Shown piece by piece: positions 48,279 through 57,856 of a stretch of 64,000 nt of DNA. Position 1 is the first letter of the stretch, and every line of letters begins with the position of its first letter. A program made the position numbers and the translations under genes. The DNA is from Candidatus Latescibacterota bacterium. GTDB lineage: Bacteria > Latescibacterota > UBA2968 > UBA8231. The stretch spans positions 1,856,001 to 1,920,000 of the forward strand of contig OZ220089.1 in NCBI GenBank assembly GCA_964291625.2. The letters are read 5' to 3'. The notes under the pieces are model-generated. The model searched no databases, was not told the origin of the DNA, and worked only from the letters and a program-made list of their open reading frames with translations.

Positions 48279-49916
48279 CTACTCGCTGCCGGACCTGCTG
48301 CCGGCGCTTGGAGTCGACGCTGGCTGAGCCGCCGCGTCCCGGGCGTCGAGGATCGCCTTGATGCCTGCCGATGCCAGCAGGATCACCTGGGTGGTGAGGT
48401 TGTCGGCGCTGCCGCCGTTGATCGGCCGGCCGAGAACCTTCCATTGGTCCCGCACCTCCCCCTCCCACAGGCCTTCACCACGCAGGCTCTGCAGGCTCAC
48501 CGAGATCACGATGGAGGCAACGGGCGGCCTTCGATTCGGTCTGACCCAGAACTCCTCCACCCGCCAGGTCAACCGCCACTCCGGGGGTTCGGTGCCTGCC
48601 AGGACGCCGGCCGCCTGCAGCTTCCGCTTCATGTAGGTGTCGAGCAGGTGCATTTCCATGGACTCGAGCCACGGGCGGGGTTCGCGTCGCCGCCCCCGGG
48701 GCTGAAGCGGATCGTCCTGCGGGCGGTGCACCTGGCCAAGGTCCTGCACCTGAAGGCGCAGCGCGGCGGGACCTCCCGGCGGCACGGGGGCGTACTCGAA
48801 GACCAGGGTCCGCACCAGCTCCGGCTCCCAGGAGATCTGCTCCGGCACATCGAACCGGTCGGCCGTCAGGCCCGTGTTCAACTCCGTGTGCCAGCGGTAC
48901 CGGACATCCCTCGGCGCGTCGACCCGGACCTCGAAGGGCGTCAGTACGCCCCCGGTCTCACGGTACTGCCTGTAGGTGGTCGTGCGGCCGCCCTCCACCT
49001 CGGCGTACAGGAGGCTGTCGCCGACATCGAAATAGGCGAGACGGTGGCGGCCGAAGGCGGTGTCGATGACACGCACCGCCTCCAGGGTCCGGAACCTCAT
49101 CTCCCGCCGGCCCAGGTACTCCACGATCACGCCGTCTCCGCGAAACCGCGTCAGGAAGTCCCAGCGCTCGGCGGCGTACCTCTCGTCCCGCGGGGGCAGG
49201 AGGAGTCCGTAACGCAGGTACCAACTCCGCATGCCGTCGTACCCGCGCGCCATATCGGGGCTGATGTCGACGCGGTAGCGCTGACCGCGCAGGTACGAGC
49301 GCACGCTGCCCGGCTCCCAGACCCGGCGCCGTGCGTTCCACCTCTCGACCCGGACCTGCTTGTCCCGGATCGCCTGCAGCCGCTCGAGCCCGCCCATGGC
49401 CTCGATGGCGCGGTCGATGATCTGTCGGGCCCGGCGGCGCCGACGGCCGGCCTCGGAGGTGGCGTCGGCCAGGGGCAACACCCGGATGCGGCGCCCGTGC
49501 AGCTCCACCAGCTTGCGGCGATAGAGGTCGGTGAGGGCACTGTCGTAGGACAGGGTGTCCCCCGGCAGGACGGCGGGTCCCAGCCCCGGATCGGCCTCCA
49601 GGCCCGGCTGCGGCGCCAGGCCCTCCAGCCCCACCGATGGCACCGCCACCGCGTCCTCGGGCAGGGGCGCCTCCATCATCAGCTCGGCCAGACGGAGCTG
49701 CTCCATCACGACATCGGGCACCGTGGCGCGGGGCGCCGGCTCGAAGCGTTGCGGCTCCAGCGACGGGGCCAGCTCGAAGCGCGCCGGGCGCAGCACCCGC
49801 AGCACGCGTTCGGCCGCCCAGCGCTGGTAGGCCCACAGGAAGAGCATGTGCACCGCCAGCGAAGCGAGCAGGCACAGGAGCACGCGGCGATTGCGGAGGG
49901 AGCGGCTCATGCCCAT
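48279..49916 (-). CDS. Array paralog 3 (545 aa)
   Basis: Intact ORF with the same architecture. Confidence 0.85.
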   Translation of the reverse strand: MGMSRSLRNRRVLLCLLASLAVHMLFLWAYQRWAAERVLRVLRPARFELAPSLEPQRFEPAPRATVPDVVMEQLRLAELMMEAPLPEDAVAVPSVGLEGLAPQPGLEADPGLGPAVLPGDTLSYDSALTDLYRRKLVELHGRRIRVLPLADATSEAGRRRRRARQIIDRAIEAMGGLERLQAIRDKQVRVERWNARRRVWEPGSVRSYLRGQRYRVDISPDMARGYDGMRSWYLRYGLLLPPRDERYAAERWDFLTRFRGDGVIVEYLGRREMRFRTLEAVRVIDTAFGRHRLAYFDVGDSLLYAEVEGGRTTTYRQYRETGGVLTPFEVRVDAPRDVRYRWHTELNTGLTADRFDVPEQISWEPELVRTLVFEYAPVPPGGPAALRLQVQDLGQVHRPQDDPLQPRGRRREPRPWLESMEMHLLDTYMKRKLQAAGVLAGTEPPEWRLTWRVEEFWVRPNRRPPVASIVISVSLQSLRGEGLWEGEVRDQWKVLGRPINGGSADNLTTQVILLASAGIKAILDARDAAAQPASTPSAGSRSGSE

Positions 49917-49998
49917 CCTGCGGTTGATGACCTCCAGGCCGGCTCGTGTTCCAATCTCAGAGCCGTCGTCAAGACCACGGCACGGGCCGCCCCGTGAT

Positions 49999-51675
49999 CT
50001 ACTCGACGCCGGAGCTGCTGCCGCTCGGAGTCGACGCTGGCTGAGCGGCGGCGGCGCGGGCGTCGAGAAGCTGCTTCATGCCCACCGAGCCTTCAGGATC
50101 ACTTGCCAGGTGACGGCATCGGCCACGAGGTCGTCGATGGAGGTGGCCTTGAGGAGCCATTCGTCTTCCTCTGCCTCGGGAGTGGGGGACGATCCATCGG
50201 TGGTCCACAAACCCCTCCCACCAGTCTCCGTCTCGCAGGCTCTGGACGCGAACAGCGATCTTCAGCGTCGCTATCTCGATAGTATGGCCCTCCCCGATCG
50301 GCGGCGCCTCGTCATCGCGAAGCTGCTTTACTCTCCGGAACCCTTCCACTCGCCAGGCCAACCGCCACTCCGGGGGATCGGCGCCCGCCAGGACACCACC
50401 CGCCTGCAGTTTCCTCTTCATGTAGGTGTCCAACAGGTACGCATCAGGAGGCATGAGCCAGGGCCCTCCCCCGGCTATCAGTCCCGGCCTCGCATTGTCT
50501 GGCGAGCGCTCCCCCTGGGTCAGGTTCTCCACCTGAAGGCGCAGCCCGGCCGCTCCTCCCGGCGGCACGGGGACGTGCTCGAAGACCGCGGTCCGTACCG
50601 ACTCCAGCTCCCAGGAAGCCTCCTCCGGCACGTCGAACCGAGCCGCGGCCAGGCCCGTGTTCAGCTCCGTATGCCAGCGGTACCCGCCGCGGACTTCGAA
50701 GGGAGTCAGCACTCCCTGGGTCTGCCGGTACTCCCGATACGTGGTCGTGCGGCCTCCCTCTACCTCGGCGTACAGCAGGCTGTCTTCCATGCCGAAGTAG
50801 GCCAACCGCTGGCGGCCGAACTTCGTGTCGATGACGCGCACCGCTGCCAGGGTCCGGAACTGCATCTCCCGGTGGCCCACGAACTCCACGACCACGCCAT
50901 CCCCGCGGAACCTCGACAGGAAGTCCCAGCGCTCGGCGTTGTACCTCTCGTCCCGAGGAGGCAGGAGCAGCCCGTAGTACAGGTACCAGCTCCGATGCCC
51001 GTCATGCCCGCGCGCCATGTTGGGCCCGATGTCCAGGCGGTAGCGCTCACCGCGCAAGTAGGAGCGCGTGCCGACCGACTTCCAGATCTGGCGTTCGCCA
51101 TCCCACCTCTCGACGCGGATCCGCTTGTCCCGAATCGCCTGCAGCCGCTCGAGCCCGCCCATGGCCTTGATGGCGCGGTCGATGATCTCCCGGGCTCGGG
51201 CGCGCCGACGGCCGGCCTCGGAGGTGGCGTCGGCCAGGGGCAGCACCCGGATGCGGCGCCCCTGCAGCTCCACGAGCTTGCGGCGGTAGAGGTCGGCGAG
51301 GGCGCTGTCGTAGGAGAGGGTGTCCCCCGGCAGAACGGCGGGTCCCAGCCCCGGATCGGCCTCCAGCCCCGGCGCCGGCGCCAGGCCTTCCAGCCCCACC
51401 GATGGCACCGCCGCCGCGTCCTCGGGCAGGGGCGCCTCCATCAGCAGCTCGGCCAGGCGGAGCTGCTCCATCACGACATCCGGCACCGTGGCGCGCGGCG
51501 CCGGCTCGAAGCGTTGCGGCTCCAGCGACGGGGCCAGCTCGAAGCGCGCCGGGCGCAGCACCCGCAGCACGGGCTGGGCCGCCCAGCGCTGGTAGGCCCA
51601 CAGGAAGAGCATGTGCACCGCCAGCGACGCCAGCAGGCAGAGCACCACGCGGCGGTTGCGGAGGGAGCGGATCAC
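49999..51675 (-). CDS. Array paralog 4 (558 aa), with two compensating indels near the 3' end
   Basis: Open ORF, but between ~50088 and ~50186 the family-like sequence lies in another frame. Confidence 0.82.
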   Translation of the reverse strand: MIRSLRNRRVVLCLLASLAVHMLFLWAYQRWAAQPVLRVLRPARFELAPSLEPQRFEPAPRATVPDVVMEQLRLAELLMEAPLPEDAAAVPSVGLEGLAPAPGLEADPGLGPAVLPGDTLSYDSALADLYRRKLVELQGRRIRVLPLADATSEAGRRRARAREIIDRAIKAMGGLERLQAIRDKRIRVERWDGERQIWKSVGTRSYLRGERYRLDIGPNMARGHDGHRSWYLYYGLLLPPRDERYNAERWDFLSRFRGDGVVVEFVGHREMQFRTLAAVRVIDTKFGRQRLAYFGMEDSLLYAEVEGGRTTTYREYRQTQGVLTPFEVRGGYRWHTELNTGLAAARFDVPEEASWELESVRTAVFEHVPVPPGGAAGLRLQVENLTQGERSPDNARPGLIAGGGPWLMPPDAYLLDTYMKRKLQAGGVLAGADPPEWRLAWRVEGFRRVKQLRDDEAPPIGEGHTIEIATLKIAVRVQSLRDGDWWEGFVDHRWIVPHSRGRGRRMAPQGHLHRRPRGRCRHLASDPEGSVGMKQLLDARAAAAQPASTPSGSSSGVE

Positions 51676-51835
51676 AGGAGGTCGTCACAGAGGCCCGCCG
51701 GCGTTCGTGGCCCGCTCGGAACTGCGGCCTTCGGGGGCAGGCCCCTGGCGCCTAGTCTAAGGCGTGCCGTCCTTGCCCGCCCGTTCCACCCCCCCTACCT
51801 TCGCCCCTCCCAACCCCAACGCCTTCCGGCCGGTG

Positions 51836-52999
51836 ATGGCCCTTCCGAACAGTTTCGATTTCCGCTCTCCGACCCGCGTCGTCCACGGGGCCGGCTCGGT
51901 CTCCCGCGTGCCCGAGCTTCTCCCCGGGGGCGAGAAGGCCCTCGTCGTCTCCGACCGCGGCCTGGAGGAGGCCGGCGTGGTCGAGCGCGTCACCTCCACC
52001 CTCGACGACGCCGGCGTCGCCTGGGCCCTGTTCACCGACGTCACCGCCAATCCCGTGGCCCGCAACGTCTCCTCCGGCGCCCGCCTCTACGGGCGCGAAG
52101 GCTGCGGCGCCCTCCTCGGGGTCGGCGGCGGCTCCCCCATGGACGTGGCCAAGATGATCGGCGTCATCGTCAGCCACGGCGGCCGCATCGGCAGCTACAT
52201 CGGCTACCAGGACAAGGTCACCCGCCAGCTTCCGCCCCTGGTCTGCGTGCCCACCACCTACGGCACCGGCAGCGAGGTGACCCCCTTCGCCGTGCTCACC
52301 CACCCGCGCACCCGCAACAAGGAGCCGGTCATCAGCTGGCGCATCGCGCCCCGGGCCGCCGTCCTCGACCCGGAGCTGGCCGTGGCCCTGCCGGCCTCGG
52401 TGGGCGGCCCCACGGGCATGGACGCCCTGACCCACGCCCTCGAGTCGTACACCAACCTGCTGTCCACGCCCTTCACCGAGGGCCTCGCCTTGGGCGCCAT
52501 CGAGCTGATCGGCGGCAACCTGCGCCGGGCCTGCGCCAACGACCACGAGCTCGAGGCGACCGGGAACATGCTGATCGCCAGCTGCCTGGCGGGCCTGGCC
52601 TTCTCCCAGACCCGCCTCGGCAACGTGCACGCCATGTCCCATCCCGTCGGCGCCCGCCACGGCGTCCACCACGGCCTGGCCAACGCCGTGATCCTGCCCC
52701 ACGTGATGGAGTACAACCTGCAGGCCCGGGTCCCCGAGTTCGCCGCCGTCGCCGCCGCCCTCGGCGAGGAGACCGACGGCCACGGCGACTACGATGCCGC
52801 CTGCCTGGCGGTGGAGGCGGTGCGCCGCCTCAACGAGGACCTCGGCATCCCCGGGCACCTGGGCGATGCCGGCGTCCGGGACCCGGACATCGAGGGCCTG
52901 GCGGAGGCCGCCATGCGCAGCGGCAACGTGCAGGTGAACCCGCGCAAGACGACCTTGACCGACATGGAAGAGTTGTTCCGCAAGTCCTGCGGACTCTGA
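51836..52999 (+). CDS. Iron-containing alcohol dehydrogenase
   Basis: GGGSPMDVAK, PTTYGTGSEVT, DALTHALE, HAMSH and HGLAN. Confidence 0.95.
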   Translation: MALPNSFDFRSPTRVVHGAGSVSRVPELLPGGEKALVVSDRGLEEAGVVERVTSTLDDAGVAWALFTDVTANPVARNVSSGARLYGREGCGALLGVGGGSPMDVAKMIGVIVSHGGRIGSYIGYQDKVTRQLPPLVCVPTTYGTGSEVTPFAVLTHPRTRNKEPVISWRIAPRAAVLDPELAVALPASVGGPTGMDALTHALESYTNLLSTPFTEGLALGAIELIGGNLRRACANDHELEATGNMLIASCLAGLAFSQTRLGNVHAMSHPVGARHGVHHGLANAVILPHVMEYNLQARVPEFAAVAAALGEETDGHGDYDAACLAVEAVRRLNEDLGIPGHLGDAGVRDPDIEGLAEAAMRSGNVQVNPRKTTLTDMEELFRKSCGL

Positions 53000-53010
53000 T
53001 CGGAGGAACC

Positions 53011-54267
53011 ATGCCATTCCCGAGAATGATGAAGGTGCGCCAGCACTTCGAGGCGCCGGAGATCGAGGACGTTTCCGGCACCGTGAAGGAGCGCATCGGA
53101 ACGCTGGACCTGTCCCGCAAGGTGGCCAGAGGCGACTCGGTGGCGATCACCGTGGGCAGCCGCGGGGTCAACAACATCGCCGTCATCACCCGGGCGGCGG
53201 TAGAGGCCCTGAAGGAGCTCGGCGCCGAACCGTTCATCGTGCCGGCCATGGGCAGCCACGGCGGCGGCACCGCCGAGGGCCAGCGCGAGATCGTCGAGAG
53301 CTACGGCGTGACGGAGGAGTTCGTCGGCTGCCCGATCCGCTCGACCATGGAGGTCGTCCAGGTCGGCACCGTGGAGGGCGAGGTCCCCGTCTACTTCGAC
53401 AAGTACGCCAGCGAGGCCGACCACGTGGTCGTCGCCGGGCGGGTCAAGCCCCACACCGGGTTCGTGGGCGAGATCGAGTCCGGCCTCCACAAGATGATGC
53501 TCATCGGCCTGGGCAAGCACCGGGGCGCCGCCGTCTACCACCAGGCGATCGTCCAGTACTCCTTCGACCGCATCATCCGCGCCGTGGGCCAGCAGGTGAT
53601 CGACAAGTGCCGGGTCCTCTTCGGGCTGGCCATCGTCGAGAACCAGTACGACCGGACGGCCGAGATCGACGCCGTGCCGCCCGACAGGTTCGTCGAGCGG
53701 GAGAAGGAGCTGCTGGTCCTGGCCAAGCAGTGGATGCCGCGCCTGCCCTTCGACCAGGTCGACCTGCTCATCGTCGACCGGATGGGCAAGAACATCTCCG
53801 GCTCCGGCATGGACACCAACGTCGTGGGCCGCAAGTACTACGACCACTGCGCCGCCGCCAAGGAGTTCCCCAAGGTGACGCGCATCTTCGTCCGCGGCCT
53901 GACCCCGGAGACCCACGGCAACGCCGCCGGCATCGGCATGGCCGAGTACTGCCACCAGCGCCTCGTCGACGCCATGGACGTGAACGCCACCGTCATCAAC
54001 TGCATGACCGGGAACGCCCCCTCCGGCGCCGCCGTGCCCGTCCACTTCCCCACCGACCGCGAGTGCCTGGAGCAGGCCCTGACCACGGTGGGACTCGTGG
54101 AGCCCGCCAGGGCGAAGGTCCTGCGCATCCGCGACACCCTGCACCTCGGCGAGCTGCTGGTCTCCGAGGCCTACGCCAGGGAGGTGGAGGCCCGCCCCGA
54201 CCTGTCCGTGCTGGAGAAACCCGCTGACATGACATTCGACGAAAGGGACGATCTACTGGAATGGTGA
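53011..54267 (+). CDS. LarA-like (lactate racemase N-domain / DUF362-related) protein
   Basis: VAITVGSRG, VPAMGSHGGGTAEGQ, RVKPHT, ESGLHKMMLIGLGK and GKNISGSGMDTN; GGAGG RBS. Confidence 0.8.
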   Translation: MPFPRMMKVRQHFEAPEIEDVSGTVKERIGTLDLSRKVARGDSVAITVGSRGVNNIAVITRAAVEALKELGAEPFIVPAMGSHGGGTAEGQREIVESYGVTEEFVGCPIRSTMEVVQVGTVEGEVPVYFDKYASEADHVVVAGRVKPHTGFVGEIESGLHKMMLIGLGKHRGAAVYHQAIVQYSFDRIIRAVGQQVIDKCRVLFGLAIVENQYDRTAEIDAVPPDRFVEREKELLVLAKQWMPRLPFDQVDLLIVDRMGKNISGSGMDTNVVGRKYYDHCAAAKEFPKVTRIFVRGLTPETHGNAAGIGMAEYCHQRLVDAMDVNATVINCMTGNAPSGAAVPVHFPTDRECLEQALTTVGLVEPARAKVLRIRDTLHLGELLVSEAYAREVEARPDLSVLEKPADMTFDERDDLLEW

Positions 54268-55406
54268 GCCCCGGCGAGTACATCGGCATGCCCGTCGCCG
54301 AGATCGACACCCCCGCCCTGCTGGTCGATCTCGACGACCTGGAGTTCAACATCAGGAAGCTCGCCGGCCACTTCGAGGCCGCGGGCAAGCACCTGCGCCC
54401 CCACACCAAGTCCCACAAGACCCCCGCCATCGCCCACATGCAGCTGCAGGCCGGCGCCATCGGCGTCACCTGCGCCAAGGTCGGCGAGGCCGAGGTCATG
54501 GCCGACGCCGGTATCGACGACGTGCTCATCGCCAACGAGGTCGTGGGCCGCCGCAAGGTGGAACGCCTCATGACCCTGGCCCGCCGCTGCGACATCATGG
54601 CCGCCGTCGACCACCCGGACAACCTGGCCGACCTCGACGCCGCCGCCGGCGCCGCCGGCGTCACCCCGCGGATCCTGGTGGAGGTCAACATCGGCCACAA
54701 CCGCTGCGGCGTCCTGGCCAGCTCCGACGAGGCCCTGGAGCTGTGCCGCGCCGCCCACCGGGCCGAGCACCTGCGCTTCGCCGGCCTCATGGGCTACCAG
54801 GGCCACATCGTCGCCCTGGAGGACGCCGGGGAGCGCGAGGCCGGCGCCCGCGAGTGCCTGCAGCGGCTCTCGGACTGCGCCGGGCGGGTGAAGGCCGACG
54901 GCCTCCCCGTGGAGATCGTCAGCACCTCGGCCACCGGCGACTACTACGTGAGCACCACCTACGACGCCGTCACCGAGGTGCAGGCCGGCTCCTACGCCCT
55001 CATGGACGCCGCCTACGGCCGCCTCGGCCTCGGCTTCCGCAACGCCATGACCGTGCTCACCACGGTCACCAGCCGGCCCACCCCCGAGCAGGTGATCACC
55101 GACGCCGGCCTGAAAGCGGCGACCCCCGAGCACGGCTTCCCCCTCGTCAAGCTGCCCTCGCGGGATGGCGTGGAGGTCGGCTGGGACCCCCAGGGGCTGC
55201 GCCACCTGGAGTGCGAGTCCCTGTCGGAGGAGCACGGCCGCCTGCGCGCCAAGGGAGGGCCCTGCCACCTGGAGTGCGGCGACGTGATCGAGTTCATCCC
55301 CGGCCACGGCTGCACCACCGTCAACCTCTACGACGACCTCTACGCCGTGCGCGGCGGCCGGCTCGAAGCCGTGTGGCCCGTCGCCGCCCGCGGAAAGGTG
55401 CGCTGA
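54261..55406 (+). CDS. DSD1 / D-threonine aldolase-family PLP-dependent enzyme
   Basis: DTPAL, LRPHTKSHK, MGYQGH, EVQAGSY, LSEEHG and HGCTTVN. Confidence 0.92.
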   Translation: MVSPGEYIGMPVAEIDTPALLVDLDDLEFNIRKLAGHFEAAGKHLRPHTKSHKTPAIAHMQLQAGAIGVTCAKVGEAEVMADAGIDDVLIANEVVGRRKVERLMTLARRCDIMAAVDHPDNLADLDAAAGAAGVTPRILVEVNIGHNRCGVLASSDEALELCRAAHRAEHLRFAGLMGYQGHIVALEDAGEREAGARECLQRLSDCAGRVKADGLPVEIVSTSATGDYYVSTTYDAVTEVQAGSYALMDAAYGRLGLGFRNAMTVLTTVTSRPTPEQVITDAGLKAATPEHGFPLVKLPSRDGVEVGWDPQGLRHLECESLSEEHGRLRAKGGPCHLECGDVIEFIPGHGCTTVNLYDDLYAVRGGRLEAVWPVAARGKVR

Positions 55407-55408
55407 CC

Positions 55409-56527
55409 ATGGCCGCCGTGAAGGCTGCCGTCATGACCGGCCCCGGGGCCGTGGAGCTGCGCGAGTTCCCGAGGCCCGCCATCGGCGGCGGCGAGATCCT
55501 GCTGAAGGTGGAGCGCGCCGGCATCTGCGGCTCCGACAAGCACATGTACGCCGGCCACATGCCGCTGCAGTTCCCGGTCATCCCCGGCCACGAGCTGGTG
55601 GGCGTCATCGAGGAACTGGGTTCGGAAGCGGCCGACGAGATGGCCGTCATCGGCGGCCCCATCGCCGAGGGCCACCTCGTCACCACCACCCCCAGCTCGG
55701 TGGCCTGCGGCCGCTGCTGGTACTGCCTGCACCAGCCCCAGCGGCCGGCCCTGTGCGCCGACCGCTACGTCCACGGCTTCGTCTCCAGCGACGTGGCCCC
55801 GGCGCCGCGGGGAGGCTTCGCCGAGTACATGCACCTGACCTCCCGCTCCTGGATCTTCAAGATCCCCGAGGGCCTCTCCCCCGAGATCGCCGTCCTCACC
55901 GAGCCCGCCGCCGTCGCCACCCGCGCCGTGGAGCGCGCCCTGGCGCCGGGCATCCCCCACATCTCCGAGGGCCTCGGCATGGACAAGTCGGTCATGGTCC
56001 TCGGCGCCGGCCCTATCGGTCAGCTCGTCATCGCCGCCCTCGCCCACGTCGGCACCGACTGCATCATCGCCTCCGACCTGAGCCCGTCGAGGCTGACCCT
56101 GGCCGAGGCCATGGGGGCCCACCACCTCGTCGCCGCCGACGCCCCCCTCGACGAGCGCCTGGATCGGGTGCAGGAGCTGACCCACGGCGTCGGCCCCGAC
56201 ATCGTCATCGAGACCGCCGGCGTGCCCGTCGTCTTCAAGGAGTCCCTCGACTTCGTCCGCCGCGGCGGCATCGTCGTCGAGGTGGGCCACTTCACCGACC
56301 CCGGCGGCGTCGAGATCCGGCCGAACCAGGTCTGCTTCAAGGACCTCGACATCCGCGGCATGTGGGCCTACCCGGCGATGCAGTTCAAGACGGCCCTCTC
56401 CTTCCTCAGGAGCACCCGCGCTCCGCTGGATCGCTTCATCACCCACACCCTGGGCCTGGACGAGACCGAGGAGGGCATCGAGGTGACGGGGACCGAGGGC
56501 TCGATGAAGGTGGTCGTGGTTCCCTGA
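55409..56527 (+). CDS. Zinc-dependent MDR alcohol dehydrogenase
   Basis: GICGSD, GHE, CGRCWYC...C and GAGPIG. Confidence 0.92.
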   Translation: MAAVKAAVMTGPGAVELREFPRPAIGGGEILLKVERAGICGSDKHMYAGHMPLQFPVIPGHELVGVIEELGSEAADEMAVIGGPIAEGHLVTTTPSSVACGRCWYCLHQPQRPALCADRYVHGFVSSDVAPAPRGGFAEYMHLTSRSWIFKIPEGLSPEIAVLTEPAAVATRAVERALAPGIPHISEGLGMDKSVMVLGAGPIGQLVIAALAHVGTDCIIASDLSPSRLTLAEAMGAHHLVAADAPLDERLDRVQELTHGVGPDIVIETAGVPVVFKESLDFVRRGGIVVEVGHFTDPGGVEIRPNQVCFKDLDIRGMWAYPAMQFKTALSFLRSTRAPLDRFITHTLGLDETEEGIEVTGTEGSMKVVVVP

Positions 56528-56530
56528 GCG

Positions 56531-56959
56531 ATGGACAGACCCGTGGTCGTCTACGACGGCGAGTGCCGCTTCTGCCGGTGGAGCGTGACCCGCATCCAGC
56601 GCCTCGACCGTGACGGACAGTTCGAGTACCTGCCGCGGCAGGCCCCCGGCGCCGAGGAGCGCTTCCCGCTGCTCAAGCACAGCGACTTCAACACCGGCCT
56701 GCGGCTCGTGCCGGACACGGATACCGTCCACGTCGGCGCCGACGGCGTCTACCACATCTACCGGCGGCTGCCGCCCCTGAACCTGGTTGCCTGGCTCTAC
56801 CGGGTGCCGGTGCTCACCTGGCTCTTCCGGCTGGGTTACGCCATCGTCGCCCGCAACCGCTACCGCTTCGGGCGGGTCCCGCCCGAGATGGCCTGCGACG
56901 ACCTCTGCGACATCTCCTACGGCGAGCGCCGGGCGAACCCGCCGGCGCCGCCGCCCTGA
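56531..56959 (+). CDS. DCC1-like (DUF393) thiol-disulfide oxidoreductase
   Basis: VYDGECRFC and YAIVARNRYR. Confidence 0.88.
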   Translation: MDRPVVVYDGECRFCRWSVTRIQRLDRDGQFEYLPRQAPGAEERFPLLKHSDFNTGLRLVPDTDTVHVGADGVYHIYRRLPPLNLVAWLYRVPVLTWLFRLGYAIVARNRYRFGRVPPEMACDDLCDISYGERRANPPAPPP

Positions 56960-57856
56960 TGCGCTGTCGCCGGTTCGGCCAAACCGGCTGGCAAGGTCAG
57001 CGAGATCGCCCTCGGCGGCGCCTGGTTCTACGGCCGTCCCGAGTTCGGCCCGCGGCCCGTCTCCCACGGCGCCGCCATCGTCGAGCGCGCCCTGGAGCTG
57101 GGGGTCAACTACATCGACACGGCCCCCCTCTACGGAAGCGGCCGCAGCGAGGAGGTCCTGGGCCACGCGCTGAAGGGGGTGAAGCAGCCCTTCTATCTGG
57201 CCACCAAGGTCGGCTACCTCCCCGAGCCCTTCGACTACACCCGCGACACGGTGATGCGCGGCTTCGAGGCCAGCCTGAAGCGGCTGCAGCGGGACCGCGT
57301 CGACCTGGTGCAGATCCACGAGACCGAGAAGGCCGGCTGGGAGGGGGTCTTCGGCAAGGGGCGCACCCTCGAGGCGCTGATCGAGCTGCGCGAGCAGGGT
57401 CTGGCGACCCACATCGGCCTCACCGGCTCCGACCTGGACCTCATGGTGCGCATGCTCGGCGCCACGGACGAGTTCGTCTCCGTCATCACCTACCTGAAGT
57501 ACGACCTGCTGGTGCAGGACGCCCGCGAGGTCCTGGTGCCGGCCGCGGTCGCCGCCGACGCCGCCCTCATCTGCGCCTCGCCCCTGCACGGCGGACTTCT
57601 CGGCTCGCGGCGCGACCACTGGCGGCGGCAGGGCCGCTTCGAGGACCGTTACGCTCGCCTGGAGCGGGTCGAGGCGGTCCTGGACCGCCACGGCCTGAGC
57701 CCCGCCGACGCCGGGCTGCGCTACCTGCTGTCGGATGCCCGCGTGGGGACCGTCCTCTCCGGCGTCGACAGCGTCGCCGAGCTGGAGCGGTCCGTCGCCG
57801 CTTCGCAAGCCGGACCCCTGGACGCGGAACTGATCCGCCAGATCGAGGAGGCCTGA
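56959..57856 (+). CDS. Aldo/keto reductase with a +1 frameshift near 56993 (pseudogene or sequence error)
   Basis: MRCRRFGQTGW in one frame continues as VSEIALGG...YIDTAPLYGSGRSE...SLKRLQRDRVDLVQIH in the next frame. Confidence 0.82.

Larger units (their letters stand above)
44321..50005. repeat. Four copies of the boundary motif GTGATCTACTCG (44321, 46656, 48274, 49994)
   Basis: Exact 12-mer containing the TAG stop of each paralog. Copies at 46656, 48274 and 49994 extend ~55 bp matching the HAD gene 3' end. Confidence 0.9.

Noticed and set aside
44326-51675. Paralog array as a diversity-generating retroelement or shufflon
   Set aside because: No reverse transcriptase or invertase is in the window, differences are not adenine-restricted and include indels, and all copies are full-length and co-oriented.
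49846-54267. 1473-aa ORF, and similar very long ORFs such as 19399-22812, 888-4397 and 56959-58935
   Set aside because: These are shadow frames of high-GC DNA, or real genes extended by stop-free upstream frames. Only the portions with recognisable motifs were kept.
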